Positions 7,894 to 15,397 of a DNA stretch of 15,494 nucleotides are shown here, piece after piece. The translations under genes and the position numbers were made by a program. Where the stretch lies: the IMG/VR virus record IMGVR_UViG_2568526635_000004, positions 1 to 15,494 of that record, one strand, 5' to 3'. The notes under the pieces are model-generated. The model was not told the origin of the DNA and ran no database searches. It saw nothing but the letters and a program-made list of their open reading frames with translations. Positions within the stretch are counted from its first letter, which is position 1; each line of letters begins with the position of its first letter. The stretch comes from a virus (lineage: Duplodnaviria; Heunggongvirae; Uroviricota; Caudoviricetes).

Positions 7894-8142
7894 TTACTGT
7901 TTCACGGGATCGCGCATTCTGCGCCTTATTTTCCACAAATATTCGATCATCGCTTCCACCTGCTCACGGTTGGTTGCGAAAATTTCCCCGGTCAGTGAGC
8001 TGCGCAGAAAATCATGATGATCCACAACAAATAACGCATCGGAAGAAAGCAGACGGCGATATTTTTTTGCTGTCGTGGTTTCCAGATCATCAATACCATG
8101 AAACTTTTTATGTTGCTGAACTTCTTCAAATGTCACTGGCAT
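7894..8142 (-). CDS. Hypothetical small protein (82 aa), basic C-terminus
   Basis: ATG at 8142 with AGGGGGA Shine-Dalgarno; followed by a strong terminator; no recognisable motif. Confidence 0.6.
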   Translation of the reverse strand: MPVTFEEVQQHKKFHGIDDLETTTAKKYRRLLSSDALFVVDHHDFLRSSLTGEIFATNREQVEAMIEYLWKIRRRMRDPVKQ

Positions 8143-8159
8143 GTATCCCCCTGTTATCG

Positions 8160-8582
8160 CTAAAAGGGTATGTTATCCCCGTATGGATCATCATTCCCCG
8201 CCTGTTGCTTAGCCCTATTTAGAGCGTCAGTAGCCTGGCCCTGCTGGCCTTTTTTGCCACCAGGTCGCGCCGTTCTGGCACTGATTACGCTGTCTGCGAT
8301 AACCTGCCAGCCCTGCCGCGTTTCCCCGTTCTGGCCTGTCCACTGGCTTACCTGCATGTTACCCGCCACGCTCACCAGCTCGCCTTTGTGGTGTTTTGCC
8401 AGTGCGTCGGCCTGTCTGCCAAACGCCAGAACGGATAACCACATCGTCGCCTGTCCGTCATCTGCCTGATTGCACGGCAGGGGGACAGCCATGCTTGCCA
8501 TAGCCATTTGTGTGCCCTTGCTGGTGGTCTTTAACTGCGGGTCAGCCACCAGCCGCCCGTAAGCTGCTATCTGTGCTGTCAT
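8160..8582 (-). CDS. ssb: Single-stranded DNA-binding protein-like (SSB-like) with acidic C-terminal tail
   Basis: 140-aa ORF with OB-fold-like layout, Gly/Gln-rich linker and a C-terminal DDPYGDNIPF resembling the canonical SSB DDDIPF tail; GGAGAA Shine-Dalgarno. Confidence 0.7.
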   Translation of the reverse strand: MTAQIAAYGRLVADPQLKTTSKGTQMAMASMAVPLPCNQADDGQATMWLSVLAFGRQADALAKHHKGELVSVAGNMQVSQWTGQNGETRQGWQVIADSVISARTARPGGKKGQQGQATDALNRAKQQAGNDDPYGDNIPF

Positions 8583-8646
8583 GCTGTCTGTTCTCCGGTT
8601 TTAACGTTGATAGTTACGCTTGTTTACACCCTTACGGTGAAATTCT

Positions 8647-8769
8647 GCGGGTTATAATCGCACTTTTGCGGGTTATAACTGCCGTTTTGCGGGTTACGTG
8701 CGGGTTATTGATTTCCTTTTTATTCATACAGTTAATGCACTTACACACAGGATAACCCGCATAACCCGC
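8647..8769. repeat. Origin-like iteron array: 4 forward GCGGGTTA copies (8647, 8668, 8689, 8700; 21/21/11-bp spacing), AT-rich spacer, 2 tandem inverted copies (8753-8760, 8762-8769)
   Basis: Exact repeats counted in the sequence; located immediately downstream of the primase/helicase gene, with the AT-rich segment 8709-8750 between the arms. Confidence 0.7.
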
Positions 8770-8793
8770 AACTTTTCACCTCACACAGGGGAG

Positions 8794-10917
8794 TTAATCT
8801 TCTGCCTCAGGCTGGAACATCATCACGTAAAAAACATGCTGCTTACCCCCAATTTTGCCGAGCGCCTTTTTCTTGTAACGGCGATCGTTACCCGCTTCCA
8901 GCATTCCGGCAGCACTCAACGCGCGGGCAAAGTGGGATGGGTTAAATCCCTGTGCGATCTCCCCCTCAAACACATGAGGAAACGTGTAAAAACGGAACTC
9001 ATCATCTTCATTTCTGATACTCCCCTTTCTGTATCCGGCAAGGTCTTTAATCGGTAAATCACGCTCGTCGGTGTTGGGCCACGGAAGGTATCTGCTGAAT
9101 CCGAACGACGCTAAAAAAGCCTCTGCCTGTTCAACCATCTGTTTAAACTCCCTGTTACCCGTGCCGAACTCCTTCACCCAGGCATTAAAATTATGCTGAA
9201 TGGCATCGCGGCATTCCTGCTCATTCCAGCCAGTAACATGACCGGAAAGCACAAGCGCGGCCTCCAGTATGGCGAAACGCTCACCCACGCGGTGGACCTG
9301 CTCGCCGTAGCTCTCCGGTATCAGGTTGCGCCACCGTTCACGGCATGCCCTTACCATGTCCTTTGCCTCCTGCTGGTGGTCTGCCAGCCATTTAACCCAC
9401 TCACGCCCCGCCGCCCCGTGATTTTCTGTCCAGGCATCTTTTAACGCGTCTGCGTGCGCCTTTCCGGTGCTGTATTCGTGAAATTGTGTGGCTTTTTCCA
9501 TCGGCACGTTAAGCAGGCGGACAAGCTGCCCCGCCTTGACTTTTATCCCCTCCGTTTTGAGGAATGTTTCAACGTCCATTTCTCCGGTACTGATTGCCAC
9601 CGTTCGCCAGTGTTTTATCTCCCTGTTGCCGCCGTCCTTCGCCCCCTGTAATTTCCCGGAACCGTTAAACAGCGTATAAGCAGACGTTGACACCTCCCGC
9701 GCGTTTCCGGCCTGGCCTATTTCATCCAGGGGTAACAGCCCGTCGTTGTGTGCCTCTGCCTCGTTGGCGATACCTAACGCTGTGCCGTACCAGGTCAGCC
9801 GCTGCGCGTCCGGCTCTCCCCATAAACTTGATGCGATGTTCTGCGTTGTGGTCTTACCTGCCGATGACTGTTCGAAAAGATGTACCCCGAAGCCGTCAGC
9901 ACCCACCAGCCCGATTAATGGTGCGGATAGCGATACCGCCACACCCAGCATCATGGACGGATTACCACCAGCCAGTCGCGCCACACTGTCGCGCCAGCCC
10001 TCCGCCGTTCCTGCCACGGAATAACCATTAACGGCAGCCGTTTTTCCGGTAAACAGGACTGGCTTTTCGCAATCACCAATGACCGAACCGTCCGGCATGA
10101 TGTACGCGCCAAAATGCCAGCCCGTTGTTGTGCTTAACTGCCATTCCTCATGGTTTCCGCTTAACTGCATCCAGTCAGCCAGGATAGCCCTGTATTTACC
10201 GTTGGTTGTCACGTTCAGTCCGTGGTCTTTCAGCAGCCGCCAGCCGTCACGGTCGCCAATGCCACCGCACGGAACCGCCATCGTGATGACTTCATGGTTT
10301 GCTGGCTTTTTCCAGCGCATCACGCGGTAATGCTCTTTGCCGATTGTCCCCGTTCCCAGTAGCTCAAGCGGGGAGCATAACCACGTTTCAGGCCGGATAA
10401 TTTCGCCTGACTGCTTATCCACTTTTGGCGTTACCCAGAAAACACCATCGGCGCGGCTTTCAACGCGGGGCTTTAATTCATCATCACCCGGGCTTTCTGT
10501 GATTTTTTTCTTTAAGGGCAACACCAGACTTTCCCCGCGCTCGTATTCGTCTTTGAGGCGAGGCAACTGGTCGGATAAATCCGCCGGGCTGGTGTCAGTT
10601 ATCCCCGCGTATTCGTATACGGTCTTCACGCCAGCCACAGCCAGCAACGTGACGATCTGTGTGAGGCTACGTTCAGTGATGTGCCCTGCGCGGTAAATAC
10701 GCACACACTGACGGCTATCATCAATAATTTGATAACCGGTAATATCTTTCAGGTGTTCATCTGACAGAACGACAGGCGGCACATTGTCGGCGGCAATATG
10801 CTTACCTGCCCATTCCTGCCACTCTTTCGCATGGCTCCACGCATCACTACCCGCAAAGATGATAACCTCCGTCATTTTGTCGGCTGGCTGGTGCTTTAAG
10901 TTTGGTGCGCGCTTCAT
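8794..10917 (-). CDS. Replication initiation protein, primase/helicase type (P4 alpha-like, Walker A GKT)
   Basis: 707-aa ORF with a central P-loop (FEQSSAGKTTT) and large flanking domains; ATG at 10917 with GGGGAAAGG Shine-Dalgarno, ATGA overlap with the upstream ORF; the exact family was not verified. Confidence 0.8.
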   Translation of the reverse strand: MKRAPNLKHQPADKMTEVIIFAGSDAWSHAKEWQEWAGKHIAADNVPPVVLSDEHLKDITGYQIIDDSRQCVRIYRAGHITERSLTQIVTLLAVAGVKTVYEYAGITDTSPADLSDQLPRLKDEYERGESLVLPLKKKITESPGDDELKPRVESRADGVFWVTPKVDKQSGEIIRPETWLCSPLELLGTGTIGKEHYRVMRWKKPANHEVITMAVPCGGIGDRDGWRLLKDHGLNVTTNGKYRAILADWMQLSGNHEEWQLSTTTGWHFGAYIMPDGSVIGDCEKPVLFTGKTAAVNGYSVAGTAEGWRDSVARLAGGNPSMMLGVAVSLSAPLIGLVGADGFGVHLFEQSSAGKTTTQNIASSLWGEPDAQRLTWYGTALGIANEAEAHNDGLLPLDEIGQAGNAREVSTSAYTLFNGSGKLQGAKDGGNREIKHWRTVAISTGEMDVETFLKTEGIKVKAGQLVRLLNVPMEKATQFHEYSTGKAHADALKDAWTENHGAAGREWVKWLADHQQEAKDMVRACRERWRNLIPESYGEQVHRVGERFAILEAALVLSGHVTGWNEQECRDAIQHNFNAWVKEFGTGNREFKQMVEQAEAFLASFGFSRYLPWPNTDERDLPIKDLAGYRKGSIRNEDDEFRFYTFPHVFEGEIAQGFNPSHFARALSAAGMLEAGNDRRYKKKALGKIGGKQHVFYVMMFQPEAED

Positions 10918-11228
10918 TTTGCCTTTCCCCGTTCACGAATAATTTCACGTACTGCCTTAATGCGTTCCATTCCTGTAACGCGCATGATTCTGTCGATGTC
11001 GCTTAATTCTGCTGGTGGTGCTTTGCTTACCAGGGTGAACTCCCTGTCAAAGCGCATATGTGACGACACGCAGGGATGCGCATAACCTTCGCGGATATAG
11101 GTCACACGAAAATCATCGACGGTTTTAATCGTTATCGTGCTGCCGTATTTATCCCGGAAAATATCACCGGGGCGGATTTCAGGCCGAGCGTGACCGCTGG
11201 CAGTAAAGCCAGAATTTTTCTTTTTCAT
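10914..11228 (-). CDS. Hypothetical protein (104 aa) coupled to the primase gene
   Basis: ORF with ATG start; its stop overlaps the primase start codon; no recognisable motif. Confidence 0.6.
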   Translation of the reverse strand: MKKKNSGFTASGHARPEIRPGDIFRDKYGSTITIKTVDDFRVTYIREGYAHPCVSSHMRFDREFTLVSKAPPAELSDIDRIMRVTGMERIKAVREIIRERGKAK

Positions 11229-11234
11229 GTTTTT

Positions 11235-11453
11235 TTACTCCAGAGGCAGCTTTTTAGCGGCGAGCTCAATATCAGATGTCAGAGAAACCTGTGTATTTGC
11301 CAGGTCTAACAACAAAGAAATAAGAATTTCTTCTCTGCTATCGGATTTATCGGTGCTAAGGCTGTTCATCCACATATTGACGACTTCCCTGATTTTTTTC
11401 GCAGAGTGCAGGGCTTCAAATGCCAGGTCTTCAATATCATGTTTATTTCGCAT
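11235..11453 (-). CDS. Hypothetical small protein (~72 aa), relatively AT-rich
   Basis: ATG at 11453 preceded by a GGGGG Shine-Dalgarno; the ORF track offers a longer version to 11483; overlaps the stop of the upstream small ORF. Confidence 0.5.
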   Translation of the reverse strand: MRNKHDIEDLAFEALHSAKKIREVVNMWMNSLSTDKSDSREEILISLLLDLANTQVSLTSDIELAAKKLPLE

Positions 11454-11688
11454 AATCGCCCCCGCCATTTTCACAATCAGCAATCAGGATGGCTTTAGCC
11501 TCATTCAGCGCCATATCAGCGGTAAGCTGTGCGTAAGCCAGCGAATGCGGGATTATCGCCCCTGTATATTCCGTCTCTCTGGTAATGTGTTTTTCTGCGG
11601 TTGCTACCGTGCATGAAATATCAATCAGCGCGTGCATCAGCGTTTTGATGGCTTCGGCGGCTGCGTCCGGACGGGTGTTATTGCACAT
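11443..11688 (-). CDS. Hypothetical small protein (~81 aa)
   Basis: ATG at 11688 with GGGGG Shine-Dalgarno, overlapping the stop of the Ash/Icd-like ORF; the six-frame ORF extends further upstream but that part overlaps the neighbouring gene. Confidence 0.5.
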   Translation of the reverse strand: MCNNTRPDAAAEAIKTLMHALIDISCTVATAEKHITRETEYTGAIIPHSLAYAQLTADMALNEAKAILIADCENGGGDYAK

Positions 11689-12217
11689 GGCGCACCCCCT
11701 GACGAATACGGGCGGCGAATACAGCGACACAACCTGACGGGCAATGGTTACGCGCTTCGCGTTCCGTCCAGGCGGTGACGTGGATGATTTGGGACTCTGA
11801 CGCGCCAAAGATGATAAAGCGCCAGATAAAGGCAGTTTGGGAATGTACAAGGGTAGGGATAGTAGCCATGTTGGCAGCCTCTTCGTTAGGTTTAATAAAC
11901 CCACCGCAGGAAACGCCAATTTCGCTGGCGGTGGACTGTACAGGGTTGGCGTAACCGGTTAACGAAGAACCCGGCGCGGATTGCTCCGCCCCCATACAGC
12001 CCACCATTGATAAGGTGTGACTATCCGGCACAAAAAAACACGCAGGGCGCGTGTTGTGCGCTTCGTTAAATACCAGGACGCCAATCCCGGCACCAGATTT
12101 TGCTGGTGCGGGTAAATCATAGCCCTGGCTGGCAGTGGCGATCAACAGGTTTTTTACATCGGGTTTATTCAGGTTGTGCGAGTCCCGCCCTTGCGGGTGT
12201 GTGGTATGATTTAGCAT
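11678..12217 (-). CDS. Ash-family-like protein with C-terminal Icd-like (cell-division-inhibitor-like) segment
   Basis: Segments AKSGAGIGV, FFVPDSH, SMVGCMGAEQ, ANPVQSTASEIGVSCGG recall Ash-family proteins of P4-like elements; the C-terminal FIWRF...TEREAR...FAARI recalls Icd-like peptides (an internal ATG at MATIPTL could yield a ~62-aa product); start at 12217 has a GAGGT Shine-Dalgarno. Assignment is from memory of these families, not from a search. Confidence 0.5.
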   Translation of the reverse strand: MLNHTTHPQGRDSHNLNKPDVKNLLIATASQGYDLPAPAKSGAGIGVLVFNEAHNTRPACFFVPDSHTLSMVGCMGAEQSAPGSSLTGYANPVQSTASEIGVSCGGFIKPNEEAANMATIPTLVHSQTAFIWRFIIFGASESQIIHVTAWTEREARNHCPSGCVAVFAARIRQGVRHVQ

Positions 12218-12314
12218 AGCTACCTCGATACGCTTTCTATCGTTGGTGGTTAGAAGCCCTGCGAGTGGTAACGACACTTGCGGGGCTTTGCATTTATGCA
12301 CCTTGATAACCTCA

Positions 12315-12350
12315 AGGTGTGGCCCACTATATGCTTTAGGTGTGGTCCAC
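12315..12350. promoter_or_regulatory. Two operator-like 13-bp direct repeats AGGTGTGG(C/T)CCAC, each containing the dyad GTGG-N-CCAC, in the divergent control region
   Basis: Repeats at 12315-12327 and 12337-12350; immediately upstream of a TATACT -10-like hexamer (12381-12386) and the plus-strand small gene. Confidence 0.5.
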
Positions 12351-12416
12351 GTCAAGGGTTTTATTTGTGCTTTTTCTGTGTATACTGTCCCCCACCAATC
12401 CAACAGAGGAATAGAA

Positions 12417-12596
12417 ATGGCAACGGGTACAACAAACGCAAAATCACAAGCTCTAAAGGCTCGTGTACCACACGAAATAGTAAACGCCATGGAATCAGTG
12501 AAAGAATCAGGCGAAAGCACATCACAATTCATCATTGCGTCAATGCAAGGCGAGATCAAACGCCGCCAGCGCAGGAAGGCCAAAGAGCAGGAATAG
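12417..12596 (+). CDS. Small ribbon-helix-helix-like (Arc/MetJ-type) DNA-binding protein, candidate repressor
   Basis: 59-aa ORF (MATGTTNAKSQALKARVPHEIVNAMESV...) with GAGGAA Shine-Dalgarno 7 nt upstream; N-terminal basic beta-strand-like segment followed by helices; the only plus-strand gene, divergent from the replication operon. Confidence 0.6.
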   Translation: MATGTTNAKSQALKARVPHEIVNAMESVKESGESTSQFIIASMQGEIKRRQRRKAKEQE

Positions 12597-12729
12597 CCCA
12601 CCAGCAAGCCAGCACATTCACCATAATGACCCTCGGTTAAACCTAGAGTCATTGGTGCAAACCTGACAGATTGCCCACCAGCCAGCAAATCGCTATGATG
12701 TTCGGGCTTATGTTTAGTGTTTTCCCATT

Positions 12730-12758
12730 GGCGACCGCCCCCGGTCGCCTTTGTTTTA
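12730..12758 (+). terminator. Rho-independent terminator on the plus strand
   Basis: Perfect 8-bp stem GGCGACCG/CGGTCGCC with CCCC loop followed by TTTGTTTTA; ~135 nt downstream of the plus-strand small gene. Confidence 0.7.
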
Positions 12759-12776
12759 TGTGCCATATACTCCCCT

Positions 12777-13001
12777 TTACGCTGCCTTGCCTGAATTAAT
12801 GCGATCCCGGCTTTTAACCCATTCCATAACCTCGGACAGCAGCCAACCTACAGAACGACCGCCCAGATTAAGACGTGACGGAAAGCATCCTTTTTTCTCC
12901 AGTTCGTAGCGTGTAGTGCGGCACACTCCTGTTAACTTACGGCATTCATCCTCACGGATTACGCGATCTGATAGTGATTGCGATTGTTTGAGTTGGTTCA
13001 T
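12777..13001 (-). CDS. alpA: AlpA-family transcriptional regulator (excisionase-like helix-turn-helix)
   Basis: SDRVIREDECRKLTGVCRTTRYELEKKGCFPSRLNLGGRSVGWLLSEVMEWV matches the AlpA/phage regulatory protein pattern; ATG at 13001 has a GAGGG Shine-Dalgarno (the ORF track extends to 13037). Confidence 0.85.
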   Translation of the reverse strand: MNQLKQSQSLSDRVIREDECRKLTGVCRTTRYELEKKGCFPSRLNLGGRSVGWLLSEVMEWVKSRDRINSGKAA

Positions 13002-13079
13002 ATAAAAACGCCCTCGTTCGTTATCGTTCGAGAGCATTTTTTATGAGAGAAAATAGGTAAGCAATAAACAAAAAAATAA

Positions 13080-14075
13080 TTATTTTTCTTTATTTATTTT
13101 GTATTCGCTAAGTAATTTATAAATTTTAGGTCTAATTTTTTCTAAAAATGGTATAACTGTTTGTTCAAGCCCGAAACCATCACGCTCACCATTGGGATAA
13201 ATCATGGATGCAAGAACACGCTTTGGGACTCTTCTTTTTGTTCCAAATGTATAAAACTTAGCCAACATCAATAAATCCATAAGCGGTATAATTTTATATT
13301 TTATTATTCTCTCTCTCAAATATCCCCATGCCCGTTTGGGTTCAGGCTCTTCTAAATTGAGTTCTTTTCTCCATATCGGTAATAATTTTTTTAAATCAGA
13401 TAATATCTCATCATCTGTTTTTGTAATATCAAGTGACAAGTGCATTGCATAAGAAAAGCCTTCACTATTAGACTTCATCAATTCAGGCGCAACTGCACTT
13501 AAACTCTCATTTGCCAAAGTAAATAGAAGTTCATCATCATACTCAGATAAATAATCGACATCTTCAGAGCTCAACAATAATGTGCGCTCAGTTCCTGCAC
13601 CCGATGATGGTTTTTTCCAAACATAATTTTCAAGCATTATTCTTCGCAAAGGGACTACGGTTCGAGTTGATGATAACATATGAGGAAAAAAACCTTTATA
13701 CAGTTCTTTTCTTATGTTTTTTTCATAAAACGAATAGTCCGCACCAATATCATCGCCAATAACTGAAGATGCAAATATCTTTCTAAACCGACCAGAAACA
13801 AAAGCAATCTCAGTTTCTATTGATGGAATTTTTGAATTAATAATATCTTTTGTCTCATTCTCATCTTCTGGCAAACTCCTTACATCGATAAAATTCTCAT
13901 ACAAATAAGCCATAAAGTGTTCTTCATCTTCTACAACAAACCCCTTTATAAATCTGTTGTAATCCTCTCTACGCATTAACTGAGTAATCAATTCAAAATC
14001 ACTCATATCGGTAAAAACTTCATACTTCCCCAAATTAAAGCCCAATGCTTCTGCAAAATTTTTAAAAGAAATCAT
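13080..14075 (-). CDS. Hypothetical 331-aa cargo protein, strongly AT-rich, unknown function
   Basis: Uninterrupted ORF whose ATG overlaps the integrase stop (ATGA at 14072-14075); nucleotide composition visibly far more AT-rich than the rest of the element; no recognisable catalytic motif by eye. Confidence 0.8.
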   Translation of the reverse strand: MISFKNFAEALGFNLGKYEVFTDMSDFELITQLMRREDYNRFIKGFVVEDEEHFMAYLYENFIDVRSLPEDENETKDIINSKIPSIETEIAFVSGRFRKIFASSVIGDDIGADYSFYEKNIRKELYKGFFPHMLSSTRTVVPLRRIMLENYVWKKPSSGAGTERTLLLSSEDVDYLSEYDDELLFTLANESLSAVAPELMKSNSEGFSYAMHLSLDITKTDDEILSDLKKLLPIWRKELNLEEPEPKRAWGYLRERIIKYKIIPLMDLLMLAKFYTFGTKRRVPKRVLASMIYPNGERDGFGLEQTVIPFLEKIRPKIYKLLSEYKINKEK

Positions 14076-15292
14076 TTGCTAACCTTCAAAATAACAACAT
14101 TTTCATTATTACCAACTAACACATCGAGACGTTCAACCCATAGATTCAGAGCGTCCCGCTTCGCCTGTAAATAGCGTGAATGGTTATAGGTTTTTTGCTG
14201 ACCAGGCATCTGATGCGCTGTGATGTGCTCCACGATATGCGGATCGACACCTAAATCGTTCAGCATCGTTGTAAACGTGTGGCGAAAGTCATGCAGCGTC
14301 CAGTGTTCCTGGTTAAGCCGCTTATGCGCATTTCGCCCATATTGCGCTACCGTGGTATCTTTTTTCAGTTCTCCGAGTAACAACCCTGTATGCCGGTTCT
14401 GCTCCACCAGCTTCTGAATGAACGGCAAAATGCCATCGGGTATTGGCCTGAATATCGTTACCTTCGTTTTGCTGTGCTCTTTTGGCACTGTCCACAACAT
14501 TTCTTTCAGATCCCATTCTTTGATCTCTGAAAGTCTGACCTCTGCCGTTCTGCACCCGAACACAATCAGCAAGCGCATTAACGCGCTGTAGTAAGGCGCG
14601 AACACATCACCATCAATAGCGCGTAAAATTTCCTTTAATTCGCTGTTGCTGTGCACCCTCTCGCGAATTTCTGCTCTCTTACCCACATCGCTGACGATCA
14701 AATCGTCCAGGGCATTACTGAACGCGTAGCGCCTCCTGCGGCAGAACTTTAGCGCCTGTTTGCAGGTTTGCATGACGTGCCCTGCTGCTACTGGTGCTTT
14801 TTTTCGTACACGGTCAAAACATGCGATCCACTGCCTTGTATCGCATTTATCAAGAGGAATTGCCCCTATATGGCAAATGATGTGCTTATCCATACGTTGC
14901 ACCAGCTTTATGTAGTCTTTGCGGTTATCCTTCGCGTATTCCTCCAGCCAGTAGTTAATCGCCTCCTTTACCGTAACGGGTTTTAGTGATTCCTGTACTG
15001 TGGCGCACAACTCATAACGGGGGTTTTTACCCTCAGCCAGCCATGCCCGGCACTGTGTGCGTTTTTCCCTTGCGGCTTTCAGCGACAATTCCGGATAAGC
15101 CCCCAACTTTAGCCGCTCAGCGGCAACCTCACGGCCTCCCGTTCGATACCGGAAATACCAGGTTAATTTGCCGCCCTTTGAGTGTTTAATCTCCAGCCCG
15201 CCCCCGTCGGAGTAAAAACGCTCTTTTTCTGCCTGGACAGCCGCTAATTTTTTTAACGTCGAATCGCTCAGTTTGTTTAGTGCTTTTCCCAC
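14072..15292 (-). CDS. int: Tyrosine recombinase / integrase, P4 type (N-terminal arm-binding domain plus catalytic domain)
   Basis: 406-aa ORF; N-terminus LSDSTLKKL...GGLEIKHSKGGKLTWYFRYR typical of P4-like integrase arm-binding domains; catalytic HDFRHTF and C-terminal Tyr region; GTG start at 15292 with AAGAGGA Shine-Dalgarno; adjacent to the right direct repeat. Confidence 0.93.
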   Translation of the reverse strand: MGKALNKLSDSTLKKLAAVQAEKERFYSDGGGLEIKHSKGGKLTWYFRYRTGGREVAAERLKLGAYPELSLKAAREKRTQCRAWLAEGKNPRYELCATVQESLKPVTVKEAINYWLEEYAKDNRKDYIKLVQRMDKHIICHIGAIPLDKCDTRQWIACFDRVRKKAPVAAGHVMQTCKQALKFCRRRRYAFSNALDDLIVSDVGKRAEIRERVHSNSELKEILRAIDGDVFAPYYSALMRLLIVFGCRTAEVRLSEIKEWDLKEMLWTVPKEHSKTKVTIFRPIPDGILPFIQKLVEQNRHTGLLLGELKKDTTVAQYGRNAHKRLNQEHWTLHDFRHTFTTMLNDLGVDPHIVEHITAHQMPGQQKTYNHSRYLQAKRDALNLWVERLDVLVGNNENVVILKVSK

Positions 15293-15319
15293 TATCAGAT
15301 CCTCTTTTCAGTCCTCCAG

Positions 15320-15397
15320 CCTCAAAAAACTGACCACACAACTGACCACACATTTTGTTGAAGCTCTACGAACAACGACGAACAACAACAAACAAGA
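15320..15397. repeat. Right copy of the ~76-bp imperfect direct repeat (putative attR), immediately upstream of int
   Basis: See left copy at 13-88. Confidence 0.7.

Noticed and set aside
365-8769. Whether the GCGGGTTA repeat clusters could be a CRISPR array
   Set aside because: The repeats are 8-9 bp, in both orientations, with irregular 9-22 bp spacing and no uniform spacers; this fits iterons, not CRISPR.
9687-10031. Plus-strand ORFs (up to 119 aa) inside the primase/helicase gene, and similar antisense ORFs inside the terminase, portal and capsid genes
   Set aside because: They are fully contained in antisense within long, well-supported coding genes and have Pro/Arg/Ser-rich compositions typical of antisense frames.
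11678-12766. 362-aa minus-strand ORF running from just after alpA to the Ash/Icd-like gene
   Set aside because: Its N-terminal two thirds is antisense to the plus-strand RHH-like gene, its promoter and its terminator, and is rich in Cys/Trp/His in a non-protein-like pattern. Only the part from the ATG at 12217 is kept as a gene.
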